A stretch of DNA of 64,000 bases from Eledone cirrhosa (taxonomy: Eukaryota): assembly GCA_964016885.1 (NCBI GenBank), contig OZ024751.1, positions 24,428,001 to 24,492,000 on the forward strand, written 5' to 3'. This document shows positions 40,756-54,438 of this stretch, one piece after another. Every line of letters begins with the position of its first letter. Positions within the stretch are counted from its first letter, which is position 1. A program made the translations under genes and the position numbers. The notes below the pieces were generated by a model. That model ran no database searches. It saw only the letters and a list, made by a program, of their open reading frames with translations, and was not told the DNA's origin.

Positions 40756-41565
40756 TTTTAAACATCATTTGAAAGGCTTCATTGAAAATGAAACCAAGGA
40801 ATAGATTTTGATATTTAGATATTTTGATGCTTTACTAATTGTTGTTGGTAAAACAGAGAAATCTATTAATAGAGAGAACCAAAGGAGAGGCATAGAATTT
40901 CTCTGGTCGTCATATTTAGACAGATACACCATAAGGAATTTCATACTGTTCTGTAAAGCTGTTGTAATGTCGGTAAGAGGTTCTTTTGTGAGCTGGTCTG
41001 GGAGTTGGGTATGTGTATATGTGAATGTGTGGGGGGGGGGGGGTTGTGTGTGTATGTGTGAATTGTGTGAGTATATGTGAATGTGTGTGTTTGTGTTTGT
41101 GTGTGTATGAGGTGTGTGAGTATATGTGAATGTGTGTGTTTGTGTTTGTGTGTGGGTGTAAGGTATGTGTTTGTGCGTGTGTATGTGTGAGGTGTGTGTG
41201 TGTGTGTGTTTGTGTGTGGGTATGTGTGAGGTGTGTGAGTATATGTGAATGTGTGTGTGAATGTGTGTGTTTGTGTTTGTGTGTGGGTGTGTGTGTTTGT
41301 GTGTGTGTAAGGTGTGTGTGTGTGTGTTTGTGTGTGGGTATGTGTGAGGAATGTGAGTATATGTGAATGTGTGTGTGAATGTGTGTGTTTGTGTTTGTGT
41401 GTGAGTGTAAGGTATGTGTGTTTGTGTGTGTGTATGTGTGAGGTGTGTGTGTGTTTGTGTGTTTGTGTGTGGGTATGTGTGTTTGTGTGTGTTCATGTGT
41501 GAGGTGTGTGTGGGTATGTGTGAGGTGTGTGAGGTGTGTGTGTGTGTGTGTTTGTGTGTGGGTAT

Positions 41566-41635
<70 letters not shown>

Positions 41636-42136
41636 TGAGGTGTGAGGTGTGTGTGTGATGTTTGTAGTTGAGCGTATGTGTGAGTCTCGCGTTTACTGCC
41701 ATACATACCGGCATACATACATAATACATACATACATACACACATACATACATGCATACATACACACACACACACATACATACATACATACATACATACA
41801 TACATCATGCATGCATACATACATACATACATACATACATACATACATGCATGCATGCATACATACATCATACATACATACATACATACATACATACATA
41901 CATACATACATACATACATACATACATACCCCCATGCACACACGAATATTTTGCTCAGGGAGATGCATTAATATACAATACACACTCATATGGAGGAGAG
42001 GATATAATATGAAAGATATCGTGTTTATGTCTGTGTATATACATATATGTGTGTGTGTACACATATATATATATGTGTGTGTGTGTATGTGTACACATAC
42101 ATATATATATACATATATATGTGTGTGTGTGTGTGT

Positions 42137-42221
<85 letters not shown>

Positions 42222-42224
<3 letters not shown>

Positions 42225-42417
42225 CGAAGCAAGTGTGGTAAGGAACCAGATGGACCATAACGCACCAGAGTACTCAATACTTAGGGTAGTAGAGTGGGTA
42301 ATAGGAAAATGTTTAACCCCGACGGCAGAGCTCAAGCCGTTTCAACGGCTACTTCTGGTCCAGAAATAGCCGTCGAAACGGCTTGAGCTCCTCCGTCGGG
42401 GTGAAACATTTTCCTAT
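42222..42417 (-). mobile_element. Family A fold-back element
   Basis: Same tail and palindrome as 161-354; lies in (TA)n. Confidence 0.78.
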
Positions 42418-43229
42418 ATATATATATATATATACTATTATGTGTGTGTGTGCGTATACGCATATATATGTGTGTGTGTGGAGAGAGAGAGAGAGAGAGA
42501 GAGAGGGGGGAGAGATGAAGAGAGGGACAGAGACTTAGAGAAAGAGAGAAAGAGAGACACACATTCTGAATCTGTGTATGTGTATATGTCAGTGTCTGTG
42601 TATGCACGTTGGTGTATGTGTGTGTCTGTATGAAAGCAGCAATGTGCTGTAGTGTGGTGTATGTGTGTATGTGAAATATGATGTTGTGTATGAAAGTGGA
42701 TATATGTGTGTATCTGTGTGAAATCTGAAATATGCTGTGGTGTGATGTCGTGCGGTAATATGTGTGTATGCTTGTGGATATGCGTGTGTGTTTATGTGAA
42801 AGCTGAAATATGCTGTGGTGTATGTTTGTATGAAAGTGGATGTATATGTGTGTTTGTATGTATGGAAGCTGAAATATGCTGTGGTGTATGTTTGTATGTC
42901 AGATGATATGCGTGTGTGTTTGTATGGAAACAGAAATATGCTGTGGGGTAAACTGCAGCTCTTCAAACCGCCACCAAGTAGTTCTGTCACCATTAAATCA
43001 GTCACAGACATTGAAGATCTTAACCTTTGTCATCGACAGATCACCCTCCAGTACTTGACCCGATAAACAACAACGACAATAACAACAAAAACATCTACAA
43101 CAACAACGACAACAATAACAGCGTCATCAACTAAAACAATTAATTCAATAAAGTGAACTGCTTTTATTTTAAAAGCGCTGTGAAAACTAAGAATTCAAAT
43201 CTACTGAGACCACTAGACCAAGATGAATA

Positions 43230-43490
43230 TTTGCCTTTTACTCATTCACCAGGGACCCTCATCTCCACACATGGCCCTTTATCACTTCTGGATATTCTCT
43301 CAAATAATTAAGATGTCACAGAAAGAGCCCCGCTTTGGGAGGCGAGTGGACGACAGTGACAAGGGAGCTGACAGCTGGTACAAACACTCCAGACGTGCTT
43401 TAAACAATGGAACGATCACTCGGCTAACAGTATAGAAACTCAAGGAGCACACTTCCCACTATAGTTTGATACTCCTTCGACAAACTCATG
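43230..43490 (+). mobile_element. Possible decayed CR1/L2-type LINE 3' fragment
   Basis: Frameshifted WYKHS...KQWND.. motif. Confidence 0.35.
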
Positions 43491-43563
43491 TATATGAATA
43501 TGTATATATATAGAATAAGAAAATGCGAAGTAGTTTCAGATGTTAAAGTCCTTTAATGATAAT

Positions 43564-43638
43564 GCAGTGATACATATTTCAATGACGACAGTGGCCACAC
43601 GATTCCGTGTACCCAGTGCCGTGACATCATCAGACAGC
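43564..43638 (-). ncRNA. Type I hammerhead ribozyme
   Basis: Minus strand: GCTGT-CTGATGA-[tgtcACGGCAcTGGgtACACG gaat CGTGTggCCAcTGTCGTcatt]-GAAAT-atgt-ATC|ACTGC, then ATTAAA. Helix I pairs 4/5. Island between TA tracts. Confidence 0.72.
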
Positions 43639-44079
43639 TTCTTACATAATAAGGTTACGTTCCTGTGGCAATCCAAATTAAATCGACAAGGGAACGGAGA
43701 AAGCGGGTTTTCTTGGATCCTTCGCCCGTCACTCCTATGTAAAATAAAGTACGTTGAGCACTTGATTGAATTGCATCAATATTTATCTTAAGTATGTATA
43801 TATATATATATTTATATATATATATATATATATATAGATATAATATTATATTATATTATATTATATTATATTATATTATATTATATTACAATATATTATT
43901 ATGGAACGAAGCTTATCAAATAGAATGGACACAGCTTCGGTGTCGTTTCCTCACTCACAGAATAGTCCAATTAATTTTAATCACTCACTCAATAATCCAA
44001 TTAAGTTCAAATTATTAAAATTCGAACCCAATCTATTTGTGTACACTTAAATGTTAATTAGTGAGGAAGACAACATTCA

Positions 44080-44541
44080 GACGACGTGCAAACGACGTTC
44101 AAACGACTCTACCTAACGACTCTCACAAATAACGTTCAAACAACGTTTTAACGACCTTCCCATGACGTTCTTACGACGTTCTAGCGACTCTGCTAAACAA
44201 CGTTCAAATGACGTTCTAACAACACTATCAAACACCGTTTTTACGACCTCCAAACGACTCTGCCAAACGATGTTCAAACTACACCGTCAAATGACGTTCT
44301 AATAACGTTCTTACAACATTGTCAAATGACGTACAAACGACGTTCTAACGAACAGTCAAATGGCGTACAAACGACGTTGTAACGATGTTCAAACGATTCT
44401 GCCAAACGCTGATCTAACGCTGTTCTAATGACGTGCATACGTCTTTCCATCGACGTTCAAACGACGTTCAAACGACGTTCAAACGACGTTCAAACGACGT
44501 TCAAACGACGTGCAAACGACGTTCAAACGACGTTCAAACGA
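44080..44541. repeat. 11-bp CpG-rich minisatellite (AAACGACGTTC)n
   Basis: About 8 near-perfect units at 44451-44541, with degenerate units upstream. Confidence 0.9.
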
Positions 44542-45128
44542 CTCTGCCAAATGCCAGTCTAATTGCAAACTATACACAAGTGTTTCAACGAAATCGTCCA
44601 CGACCAAATCAACAGCTTCTAATTATTCAACAGTTGCAGTAATACCGTGTAATCAATAATTGCTATTTAGAGACAGATCAAGTCACAATGTTGATGAAAG
44701 CATGATTGAGATACAAAATAATTACTAGTGCCAGGTCAACCAATAACCAATATTTTACTATTATTATTATTATTATTATTATTATATTATTAATATTGTT
44801 GTTGTTGTTGTTATTATTATTATTAACGTTGTTGTTGTTGTTTTCAGCGCCCATCTATCTGTGAAATCATAATTTGCAATTAGTGTATTTAAAAATGATA
44901 TATAGTAGGTTAATGTTAATGATTTTCCATTTCGGAACAAGGCCAGCAATATAGAAGAAAATACAGTCAAATATATATCGCTCCAATAGCTGACTGGTGC
45001 TTCGTTTATCGATCCGAGGACGATGAAAGGCAAAGTTGTCCTGGCCGGGATTTGAACTCAGAACGTACAGCATTTCGTTTAATGGTCTTCAGATACTGCC
45101 AATCCACTTCCCCCTGGGTCATTATCAG

Positions 45129-45319
45129 GGCGGTGAATTGGCAGTATCGGTAGAGGGTCGGACGCCATGCTTTGACGCATAGACTTACGGCCCTTGCTAT
45201 TCTGAGTTCAAATCCCGCCGAGGTTAACTTTGCCTTTCTTCCTTAAGGGCGTCGATAAAATAAAGTACCAGTAATGCACTGGGTAATTGCTGGCCTTGTG
45301 CCTAAAGTAGAAACAATTA
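45129..45319 (+). mobile_element. SINE family 1 (head-to-head with an older copy at 44920-45110)
   Basis: Full-length consensus match. Confidence 0.9.
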
Positions 45320-45708
45320 TTGTTACTGTAAATAATATCTTGTGTTGACAGTTTTTATCATCAATAAACTGACCTTTTCTAATACAACATATGAAGGCAA
45401 ATTGGTATACGTTACAAATATAAAGAAAGAGACTACCACCTACAGGTGATATTTTCTCCTCCCGGGCCGTGTTTCTACGTCTGTTGGACTGAGACTAATC
45501 AACACAGATCTCTATATAGTTATTATTATCCCCCCCCCCCATGGACAGAGGATGTGCTTTATATCCAGTGTCTTCTTTTCACAGCGAGGCTTAAATTACT
45601 TGTTTACTAAAAACAGGCTCATGTTATATATTTGCCTTATATTTCCAATTATCGTATCGCCGTGAGACATGATTTTGATATTTATACTTATATATATATA
45701 TACATAAT

Positions 45709-45755
<47 letters not shown>

Positions 45756-46171
45756 TTGTGTGTGTGTCTGTGTGTCTGTGTGTGTTCATGTGTGTATGTG
45801 TGTTTATGTGTATATTTGTGTGTGTTTAAGAGAGGAGGAGAGAAAATGAATATATGTGTGTGGGAGCTTATTTTGATATTTATACATATATATGTATAAG
45901 TATGTGTATGTGTGCGTGTGCGCATGTGTGTGTATGTGCATGCGTGTATGTGTGTATGCTGAGTGTATGTGCATGTGTGCATGTGTGCATGTGTGTATGC
46001 GGAGTGAAAGAGAATATGTGTGTGTACAGTAACAGCAGCACCTGTGTCTGTGTGTGTCTGTCCTCCTCTGTATGTGTCTGTGAGTATGTGTGTGTGTGTC
46101 CGCCTCTATATGTGTATGTGAATGTACGTGTGTGTGCGTGTGTGTGTGTGTGCCTCTGTATGTGTCTGTGA

Positions 46172-46217
<46 letters not shown>

Positions 46218-46413
46218 CTCTATATGTGTCTGTGAATGTACGTGTGTCTTGTGTGATAATCTGGTTGTGTTATGACATTAATCATGGCTGTATTTTGTCA
46301 TCACAGCATGGAGTAAATCACAAGACATCTGATATTATGAATATCTATTGAATATAATCTATAGGTTGTATATACTGTATATAATATCTCTCTTTATACA
46401 CACGCACATACAC

Positions 46414-46452
<39 letters not shown>

Positions 46453-46525
46453 TACACACACCCACACATTCATATATATATATATATCACATATATATAT
46501 ATGTATATGTGTGTATATATATATA

Positions 46526-46715
46526 TAACAAAGGAATTGTGGTAAGGAAGCAGAAGGACCATAACGCACCAGAGTACTCATTACTTAGGGTAGTAGAGTG
46601 GGAAAAAGGAAAAAGTATGACCCCGACGGCAGAGCTCAAGCCGTTTCGACGGCTATTTCTGGACAGAAATAGCCGTCGAAACGGCTTGAGCTCTGCCGTC
46701 GGGGTCATACTTTTT

Positions 46716-46720
<5 letters not shown>
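46526..46720 (-). mobile_element. Family A fold-back element
   Basis: Perfect arms around TTTCTG-ga-CAGAAA; lies in (TA)n. Confidence 0.78.
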
Positions 46721-46764
<44 letters not shown>

Positions 46765-46844
46765 TCCCGGGTTAAATCGGGGATAACCACAGTAAGTAAG
46801 GTACTCAATACATAGCAGAGTAAAAGTAATTTAATATAGAAATG

Positions 46845-46893
46845 GCTTCTACAGGACTAGAACTGTTTCATTCGGAGGAAATCATCAGAAAGC
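46845..46893 (-). ncRNA. Type I hammerhead ribozyme (left arm of palindrome)
   Basis: Reverse complement of 46892-46940, with one loop III difference. Confidence 0.8.
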
Positions 46894-46940
46894 TTTCTGA
46901 TGATTTCCTCCGAATGAAACAGTTTTAGTCCTGTAGAAGC
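46892..46940 (+). ncRNA. Type I hammerhead ribozyme (right arm of palindrome)
   Basis: GCTTT-CTGATGA-tTTC ctcc GAAt-GAAACAG ttttagtc CTGTA|GAAGC. Confidence 0.8.
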
Positions 46941-46941
46941 C

Positions 46942-46993
<52 letters not shown>

Positions 46994-48502
46994 TGGTCTG
47001 ATGCCATATCATTTACCGAAAATATATTTTTCCATCGAGACGTTTGGAACTCATTCGATACTTGCTATCGGCTTGAATTAACATTACTAATATAAAGATA
47101 TTGTGTTATCACTAAGATACAAACAGATGATATCAGTGTGAGATGATAAAAAACGTTCTGTAAAATACCATCAGACAAAACACTGCATGTGATATAGAAT
47201 CATCTCTTTGCTTTCTATAATGGTATTTTATATTTGCTTATGTCTCAGCAGGAGGTGGGAAATCGACGCTATCTGTTTAGAAAGGTGAATTTTAAAACGT
47301 AGCCGCTTCCTTCCACCATCTGCTATCCTCGCCATCGCAGAATGAACATGAGAAGCTAACAGAAAAACATAAGTATGTAAGTATTAAAAAGGGCAGAAAT
47401 GCCAGAATCTCGATCATAAAATAACGTACCAGTTATGAGCTGGGGTCGATCTAATCGACTTTCGCCTCCCCCAAAATTGCTGGCCTTGTGCCTAAATAAG
47501 AAAACCATCCTTTAAGAAGGAACAACAATGGTAGGTAGTTTTTTCAGTAGACATTTTAATACTGGACACAGACTTAATCCAATAAGGACATTTCATAGAC
47601 ATTGCAAAGTACCAGTAACGCACTAGGGTTGATTTAATCGACTTTTCCGCTCTCTCCAAATTGTTGGCCTTCTGCCTAAATCAGAAACCATTATTACTGA
47701 AGTCGTGAGGAAGTAAGTATATATACATATATGTATATATACATATAGGCGGCGAATTGGCAGATTCCTTAGAAGGTCGGATAAAATGCTTTACAGTATT
47801 TCTTCCTGTTCTTTGCTTAAATTCCGCGGAGGTGAACTTTGTCTTTCATCAAACCCTGTAAGGATGAAAGACAAATCTAACCTCGGCAGGATCATGGATT
47901 CCATTCCTGAGTCGCGTGTTGCATTGTATTCTTGAGCAAGACATGTCATTCAGAATATCTACGAAGCCTTGTATGAGATGCAACGTTGTAAGAATCCAGC
48001 TAATCCTGCATTCTTATTCTTTTCTTTCTTTTTTTTTCTTAAAAAAGAAAGGAGATGATTTATCAGACGATAATTCGTTTATCAGACGATTATTCGAAAA
48101 ATAAGCAAACGATAATTCCATTGGACTTTCTATTATTGATGCTGTCAGCCATTAGCAGCTCACAGTATAAGGAGCAACATGAAATAAAATATTTTGCTCA
48201 AGAACAAAACGCGCCGTCCATCCCGTCCAGTAATCGAACCCACAACTTTATGATCGCATTCAAAACCTTAACCACTCGGTCACAGGTATAACAGACCCTT
48301 CTCAAAATCGTTTGTTATAATGCCCAACATTGTCATCATGGTACGATAACCTCAGTAGCAACTCACGCAGAAGGAGCAACGTGAAATAAAGTACTTTGAT
48401 CAATTACAAAACGCACTGTCAGGTCAAGTAAACAAACCCACAACTTTATGGACGCGTCCAAAACCTTAACCACTCAGCCAAAAGTGTTGAAGACCCTTCA
48501 TA

Positions 48503-48695
48503 TAATTGTTTCTACTTTTTGGCACAAGGCCAGCAATTATCCCAGTGTATTACTGGTACTTTATTTTATCGACCCCGTAAGGATGAAAGGCAAAGTTAAC
48601 CTCGGCGGGATTTGAACTAAGATCATAAAGGGCCGTAACTCTATGCTGCAAAGCATGGCATCCGTCCCTCTACCGATACTGCCAATCCACCGCCC
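48503..48695 (-). mobile_element. SINE family 1
   Basis: Full-length; inserted into the second unit of an older tandem duplication (48168-48350 / 48372-48750). Confidence 0.88.
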
Positions 48696-49149
48696 TAATA
48701 ATATTATATCGTTTGATATAATAACCTACCTTGTCATCATGATACGATAATCACCAGGTTAATGACTGTCACGATAAGTAATTATAACGATGTTTACTCA
48801 CCACAGATATATATATTTTACTATGTATTTAACTATGTAGAAGTGTAATATTCAGAAATAAAACCGAGGAAGGAAGGTATTATATGATAATCTACACGCT
48901 CTGTTGGATATAATAGAGATAAACAGTCATCTAATTAATTAGTTTATACTATAAAATAACATTATCAAAGTAGTTACGATGAGACAAATATACACTAGCT
49001 GTTTGAGAATATACAGTTTAGCATAATCAGCAAACAGATGGTAAACGTATTGATTCGTCTTGTCGTACAAAGGGAGATGTAATCATTGTTGATTTAACCT
49101 ATTTGATAGCAAACCACACTTGGAACCACACTTTGTTCTACGATGCAAA

Positions 49150-49450
49150 GCTCTTTATTTTAAAGTGTTAATATTTATCTATTCCGTATTCGTGCCAGCT
49201 CTTACCTATTGTCATGAATCTTGGGTAATGGCCGAAAGAATGCGATCGCTAACACAAGCGGCCGAAATATGGTTCCTTCGAAAAGTCTTTGTAGTAATGT
49301 TACTCGATAGAGTGCGTAGCTCAGAGGTCAGAGGTCAGAGGTCAGAGAGTCGCTCCATGTTGAGCCGCTTATTCTCCGAATTGAGAGATCACAGCTTACG
49401 GGCATGTGATTAGAACGTCTCAGGTAAGATCGTCGGGCATGTTTTTCAGC
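49150..49450 (+). mobile_element. Decayed RTE LINE fragment
   Basis: IYSVFVPALTYCHESWVM...QAAEIWFLRKV...LLDRVRS is an RTE post-RT motif. Confidence 0.8.
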
Positions 49451-50043
49451 ATATAGTTATGACCCTTTATGTTCTGATTTCAAATCCTGCCGAGGTTAGA
49501 TTTGCCTTTCATCCTTACGGGATTTGATGAAAGACAAAGTTGCAACTCATACAAGGCTTCGTAGATATTCTGAATGACATGTCTTGCTCAAGAATACAAT
49601 GCAACACCCGGCTGAGGAATGGAATCCATGATCCTGCTGAGGTTAGATTTGCCTTTCATCCTTACGGGGTTTGATGAAAGACAAAGTTGACCTCCGCGGA
49701 ATTTAAGCAAAGAATCGGAAGAAATACTGTAAAGCATTTTATCCGACCTTCTAGGGAATCTGCCAATTCACCGCCTATATGTATATATACATATATGTAT
49801 ATATACATATATGTATATATACATATATGTATCTATACTTACTTCCTCACTACTTCAGTAATAATGGTTTCCAACAATTTGGAGAGAGCGGAAAAGTCGA
49901 TTAAATCAACTCCAGTGCGTTACTGGTAATTTGCAATGTCTATGAAATGTCCTTATTGGATTAAGACTGTGTCCAGTAGTAAAATGTCTACTGGAAAAAC
50001 TACCTGCCATTGTTGTTCCTTCTTAAAGAATAAACAAATGACA

Positions 50044-50226
50044 TAATAGTTTCTACTTTTGGCACAAGGCCAGCAATTATCCCAGTGTATTACTGGTACT
50101 TCATGTTACCGACCCCGTAAGGATGAAAAACAAAGCAAACCTGGACGGGATTTGAAAGTAAAGGACCGTAACTTTATGCCGCATAGCACATTGTCCGACG
50201 CTCTACTGATCCTGCCAATCCACCGG
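50044..50226 (-). mobile_element. SINE family 1
   Basis: Diverged consensus match. Confidence 0.8.
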
Positions 50227-50473
50227 TAATAATATTCGTACAGATATTAATACAGACACTCATACACTTATATACACTTAAGTACATGTGCACTCTCAAA
50301 CACACGCATGCACATACATAGACGTGCAAACGTATTTGTCATGTGTTGTGCATATTTAATGCACAACACATGACAAATTCAGTTTCACAAAATATGAGAA
50401 TTCCTGTTAAATTCAAAGAGCATAAACTATGCAAACACACAGACACACAGACACACATATACAGAGAGAGGGG

Positions 50474-50539
<66 letters not shown>

Positions 50540-50611
50540 GAGACAAACAGGCAAACACAAAGCTCACTCACACAAGTACATTAACATACACATATACTAG
50601 ATTATGCCCAC

Positions 50612-50660
<49 letters not shown>

Positions 50661-51029
50661 TCTTATGTAATAATATATTCTTTTATATATATATATATAT
50701 ATTTATATATACGTACATACATATATTTATATATATATACATACATACATACATGCACACATATATACATACATACATACATACACACATACATACATAC
50801 ATACATACATACATACATACATACACACATACATACACACATACATACATACATACATACATACATACATACATACATACATACATACATACATACACAC
50901 ATACACACATACATACATACATACATACATACATACATACATACACACATACATACATACATACATACACACATACATACATACATACATACACACACAC
51001 ATACATACATACATACATACATACATACA

Positions 51030-51079
<50 letters not shown>

Positions 51080-51353
51080 GCGCACACCATAAATGGCATA
51101 ACACACGTGCAACTGACAACAAGCAAATGTCAGTGCACGCGTGAAGTGTCGAGATTCTCGTCCAACTGTGTTAAAGTCCATTTCGATAATTTTATTATCA
51201 TGCCACGTGACACCGTCAATGATGGAATGGACGTTCAATATTGATTTCTTAATTACTCCCAAGGCCTTGCCATGTTGAAAAGGCAATTGAGATTATAAAA
51301 CCGCTCATATTACTTTTCTCACTTGTATATCTGTATTGTCATTGTTGTTGTTA

Positions 51354-51391
<38 letters not shown>

Positions 51392-51531
51392 GGCGATGGA
51401 TTGGCAGTATGGGTAGAAGGTCGGACGCCATGCTTTGCAGCAAAGAGTTACGGCCCTTTACATGCTGAGTTCAAATCCCACCGTGGTTAGCTTTGCCTTT
51501 TCGTCCTTCTGGGATATATAAATAAAGTACT
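51392..51531 (+). mobile_element. SINE family 1 (3'-truncated)
   Basis: A and B boxes plus the central domain. Confidence 0.8.
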
Positions 51532-51683
51532 ACTAAATTATATACTGTATGTATACACACACATACAAGCATTCATATATATATATGTGTGTGTGTGTGT
51601 ATGTGCGTGTGCGTGTGTATACATGTATATGTATATATATATTTATATATTTATATATATATATATATATACATGTATACATT

Positions 51684-51746
<63 letters not shown>

Positions 51747-52359
51747 CAAAATATATATATTATATATATATATATACATATATAATTATATACATATATA
51801 ATTATATATATATATGCTGTAAGTGTTACCTTACAACGTTTTGTTAATAAACAGGTGTAAGCAGGTAAGAGCACTCCACATCAATCGTATATATCCACTG
51901 TAACTATGATGATGAAACGCGACTGATTTCTATGTTTGAAGTAACTTTAAAGCAGATGTTACACAACTGTATTCATGAATATGATTATGTAAAAGACTTC
52001 GAAACTGTAAGTCAATAAATAGCTGAGCAAGAAAGAAAAAACATATGAGCCTCTACCCAAAACGAAAGACGAGTGTAGAGCTTAATTCGAAGACGTCCAT
52101 ACATAACCATGACACAATAGCCAGACACTATATAAAGACGTCTTAATTCTCAGTTCTCGCCGTCACCCTACAACACCTATTGAATTGTTAGAGTAAGCTT
52201 ATTCTGTCACGCCATGTTCGTTATTCTCAACACACAATAACAGTAACGAGAATAACGAGGAGAACGTCAACAGCTCTCCGCCATTAATATAACGCTGGCA
52301 ATAGCCTGGCTGATAGCAGAAACATTGACATTATACACTGAAGCAGAAGCTACATATCC

Positions 52360-53302
52360 AGCACCACCACCAACACCTCCACCAACACCACCACCACCAA
52401 CACTAGCAACGACTATAACAACAACATTGGCAACAGCACCGACAACACCACCATACCAGCAACAACGCCACCACCCGCCAATCAATAACAACAATGACAA
52501 CACCACCACTACTAACACCAACACCAACACCAACCACAACAGCAACAATACCACCAACACCCGCACCTCCACCAACAACAGTAATAACACCAACACCCCC
52601 ACACCAACAACAACAGCAACAAAAACACCAACATCCACCACCAACAACAACAACAACAACAATAAAACCAACACCAACCACAACAGCAACAAAAACACCA
52701 ACATCCACCACCAACAACAACAACAACAACAATAAAACCAACACCAACCACAACAACAACAATAGCACCAACACCCCACCACCAACAACAACATCAACAA
52801 TAACACCAACACCACCAACAACAACAACAACAACAATACCACCAACAACAACAGTAACAACGACAGCACTCGCACCACTAACACCACTTCCACCGCCACC
52901 AACACCACCACCACCAACAACAACAAAAACACCAACACCAACCACAACAGCAACAATACCACCAACAGCCCCACCAACAACAACAACAACAACAACAAAA
53001 ACACCAACCACAACAGCAACAATACCACCACCAACAACAACAAAAAACACCAACAACAACAATAACACCAAGCACAACAGCAACAATACCACCAAGCACA
53101 ACAGCAACAATACCACCAACAGCCCCACCACCACCACCACCACCACCACCAACAGCAACACCAACACCAACACCAACACCAACACCACCACCACCACCAC
53201 CACCACCACCACCACCACCACCACCACCACCAACAGCAACAATAACACCAACACCAACCACAACAACAACACCAACACCAACACCAACCACAACAACAAC
53301 AA
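52360..53302. repeat. (CAA/CCA)n low-complexity tract with a 63-bp duplication
   Basis: Triplet repeats open in several frames on both strands. Confidence 0.88.
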
Positions 53303-53657
53303 TGTGCCAACTTTAGGGATAGCACAAATTGATTGCAAATAAAATTAATTAGAAGGAATTATTATTGTGATAAAATTTCATATTAAAACTAATGATGAAC
53401 GCTTCCGTTGTTGTTTTAATTGGATAGCAATGAAAAGTTGCGCATGTTTGTCTCAGTGGAGTTTATTTTCGTATATGAATATACGAGGATTTCTCTGTTT
53501 GTATGTATATATATATATATATATGTATATGTGTGTATATGTTTTTAATCGTATATATGTGGATATGATGAGTTATGTGTTTGTATGTATGTGTAATTGT
53601 GTATGCCTCGTATATGTTTGTTTGTTTCTATTAATAAATGTACACACACACACGCAC

Positions 53658-53698
<41 letters not shown>

Positions 53699-53822
53699 AG
53701 GAGGTGAGTTTTATTGTAGTACAATAAAGCAATGCAGATATCGGATAAGAAGCACTCTACAGTTTGTAGGACTGGAGTATGCATAATATAAGATCAAAAG
53801 ATGGTTAAAGGAGTTCCATGTA

Positions 53823-53889
53823 TTTTATTATGCGCATTTCAAAAACAAACATCATCATGCAATAATATTTGTGTTTTCATCAGATAAAA
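53823..53889 (-). ncRNA. Type I hammerhead ribozyme (left arm of 153-bp palindrome)
   Basis: Exact reverse complement of 54007-54073. Confidence 0.88.
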
Positions 53890-54006
53890 CAGGAGAACAT
53901 GATATGAAGGCCAAAAAACACTTGTGGATAGTGCATATCTACGATATGTTGATTTAAAACTGCACTATCCACAAGTGTTTTTTGGCCTTCATATCATGTT
54001 CTCCTG

Positions 54007-54073
54007 TTTTATCTGATGAAAACACAAATATTATTGCATGATGATGTTTGTTTTTGAAATGCGCATAATAAAA
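54007..54073 (+). ncRNA. Type I hammerhead ribozyme (right arm of 153-bp palindrome)
   Basis: TTTTAT-CTGATGA-[AAAcACAAATATTATT gc atGATGATGTTTGTTTTT]-GAAAT-GCGC-ATA|ATAAAA, with a palindromic GCGC loop III. Confidence 0.88.
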
Positions 54074-54105
54074 TACATGGAACTCCTTTAACCATCTTTT
54101 GATCT

Positions 54106-54172
<67 letters not shown>

Positions 54173-54175
<3 letters not shown>

Positions 54176-54384
54176 CAACAAAGAAAGTGTGGTAAGAAAC
54201 CAGGTGGACCATAACGCACTAGAGTACTCAATAATTAGGGTAGTAAAGTGGGTAATAGGAAAATAGTCAGCACCCCGACGGCTGAGCTCCGGCCGTTTCG
54301 ACGGCTAGATCCGAACTTTTCAGATCCAAACAGTTCGGATCTAGCTGTCGAAACGGCCGGAGCTCAGCCGTCGGGGTCCTGACT

Positions 54385-54388
<4 letters not shown>
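54173..54388 (-). mobile_element. Family A fold-back element (variant stem II)
   Basis: Arms around a longer central hairpin CTAGATCCGAACT...AGTTCGGATCTAG; lies in (TA)n. Confidence 0.78.

Positions 54389-54438
<50 letters not shown>

Larger units (their letters stand above)
47510..50028. repeat. ~480-bp inverted duplication (47510-47985 vs 49536-50028)
   Basis: A composite of SINE pieces, TA tract and unique flank is colinear in reverse complement. Confidence 0.88.

Noticed and set aside
36793-40768. Mucin-like Thr/Val/Leu-rich ORFs (also 25812-26513 and 52267-53342)
   Set aside because: Triplet-repeat tracts with no splice signals or non-repetitive domain.
47230-47380. Plus-strand exon-like segment (tctcAG...GTAAGT)
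   Set aside because: No ORF or homology support; splice-like motifs are common by chance.
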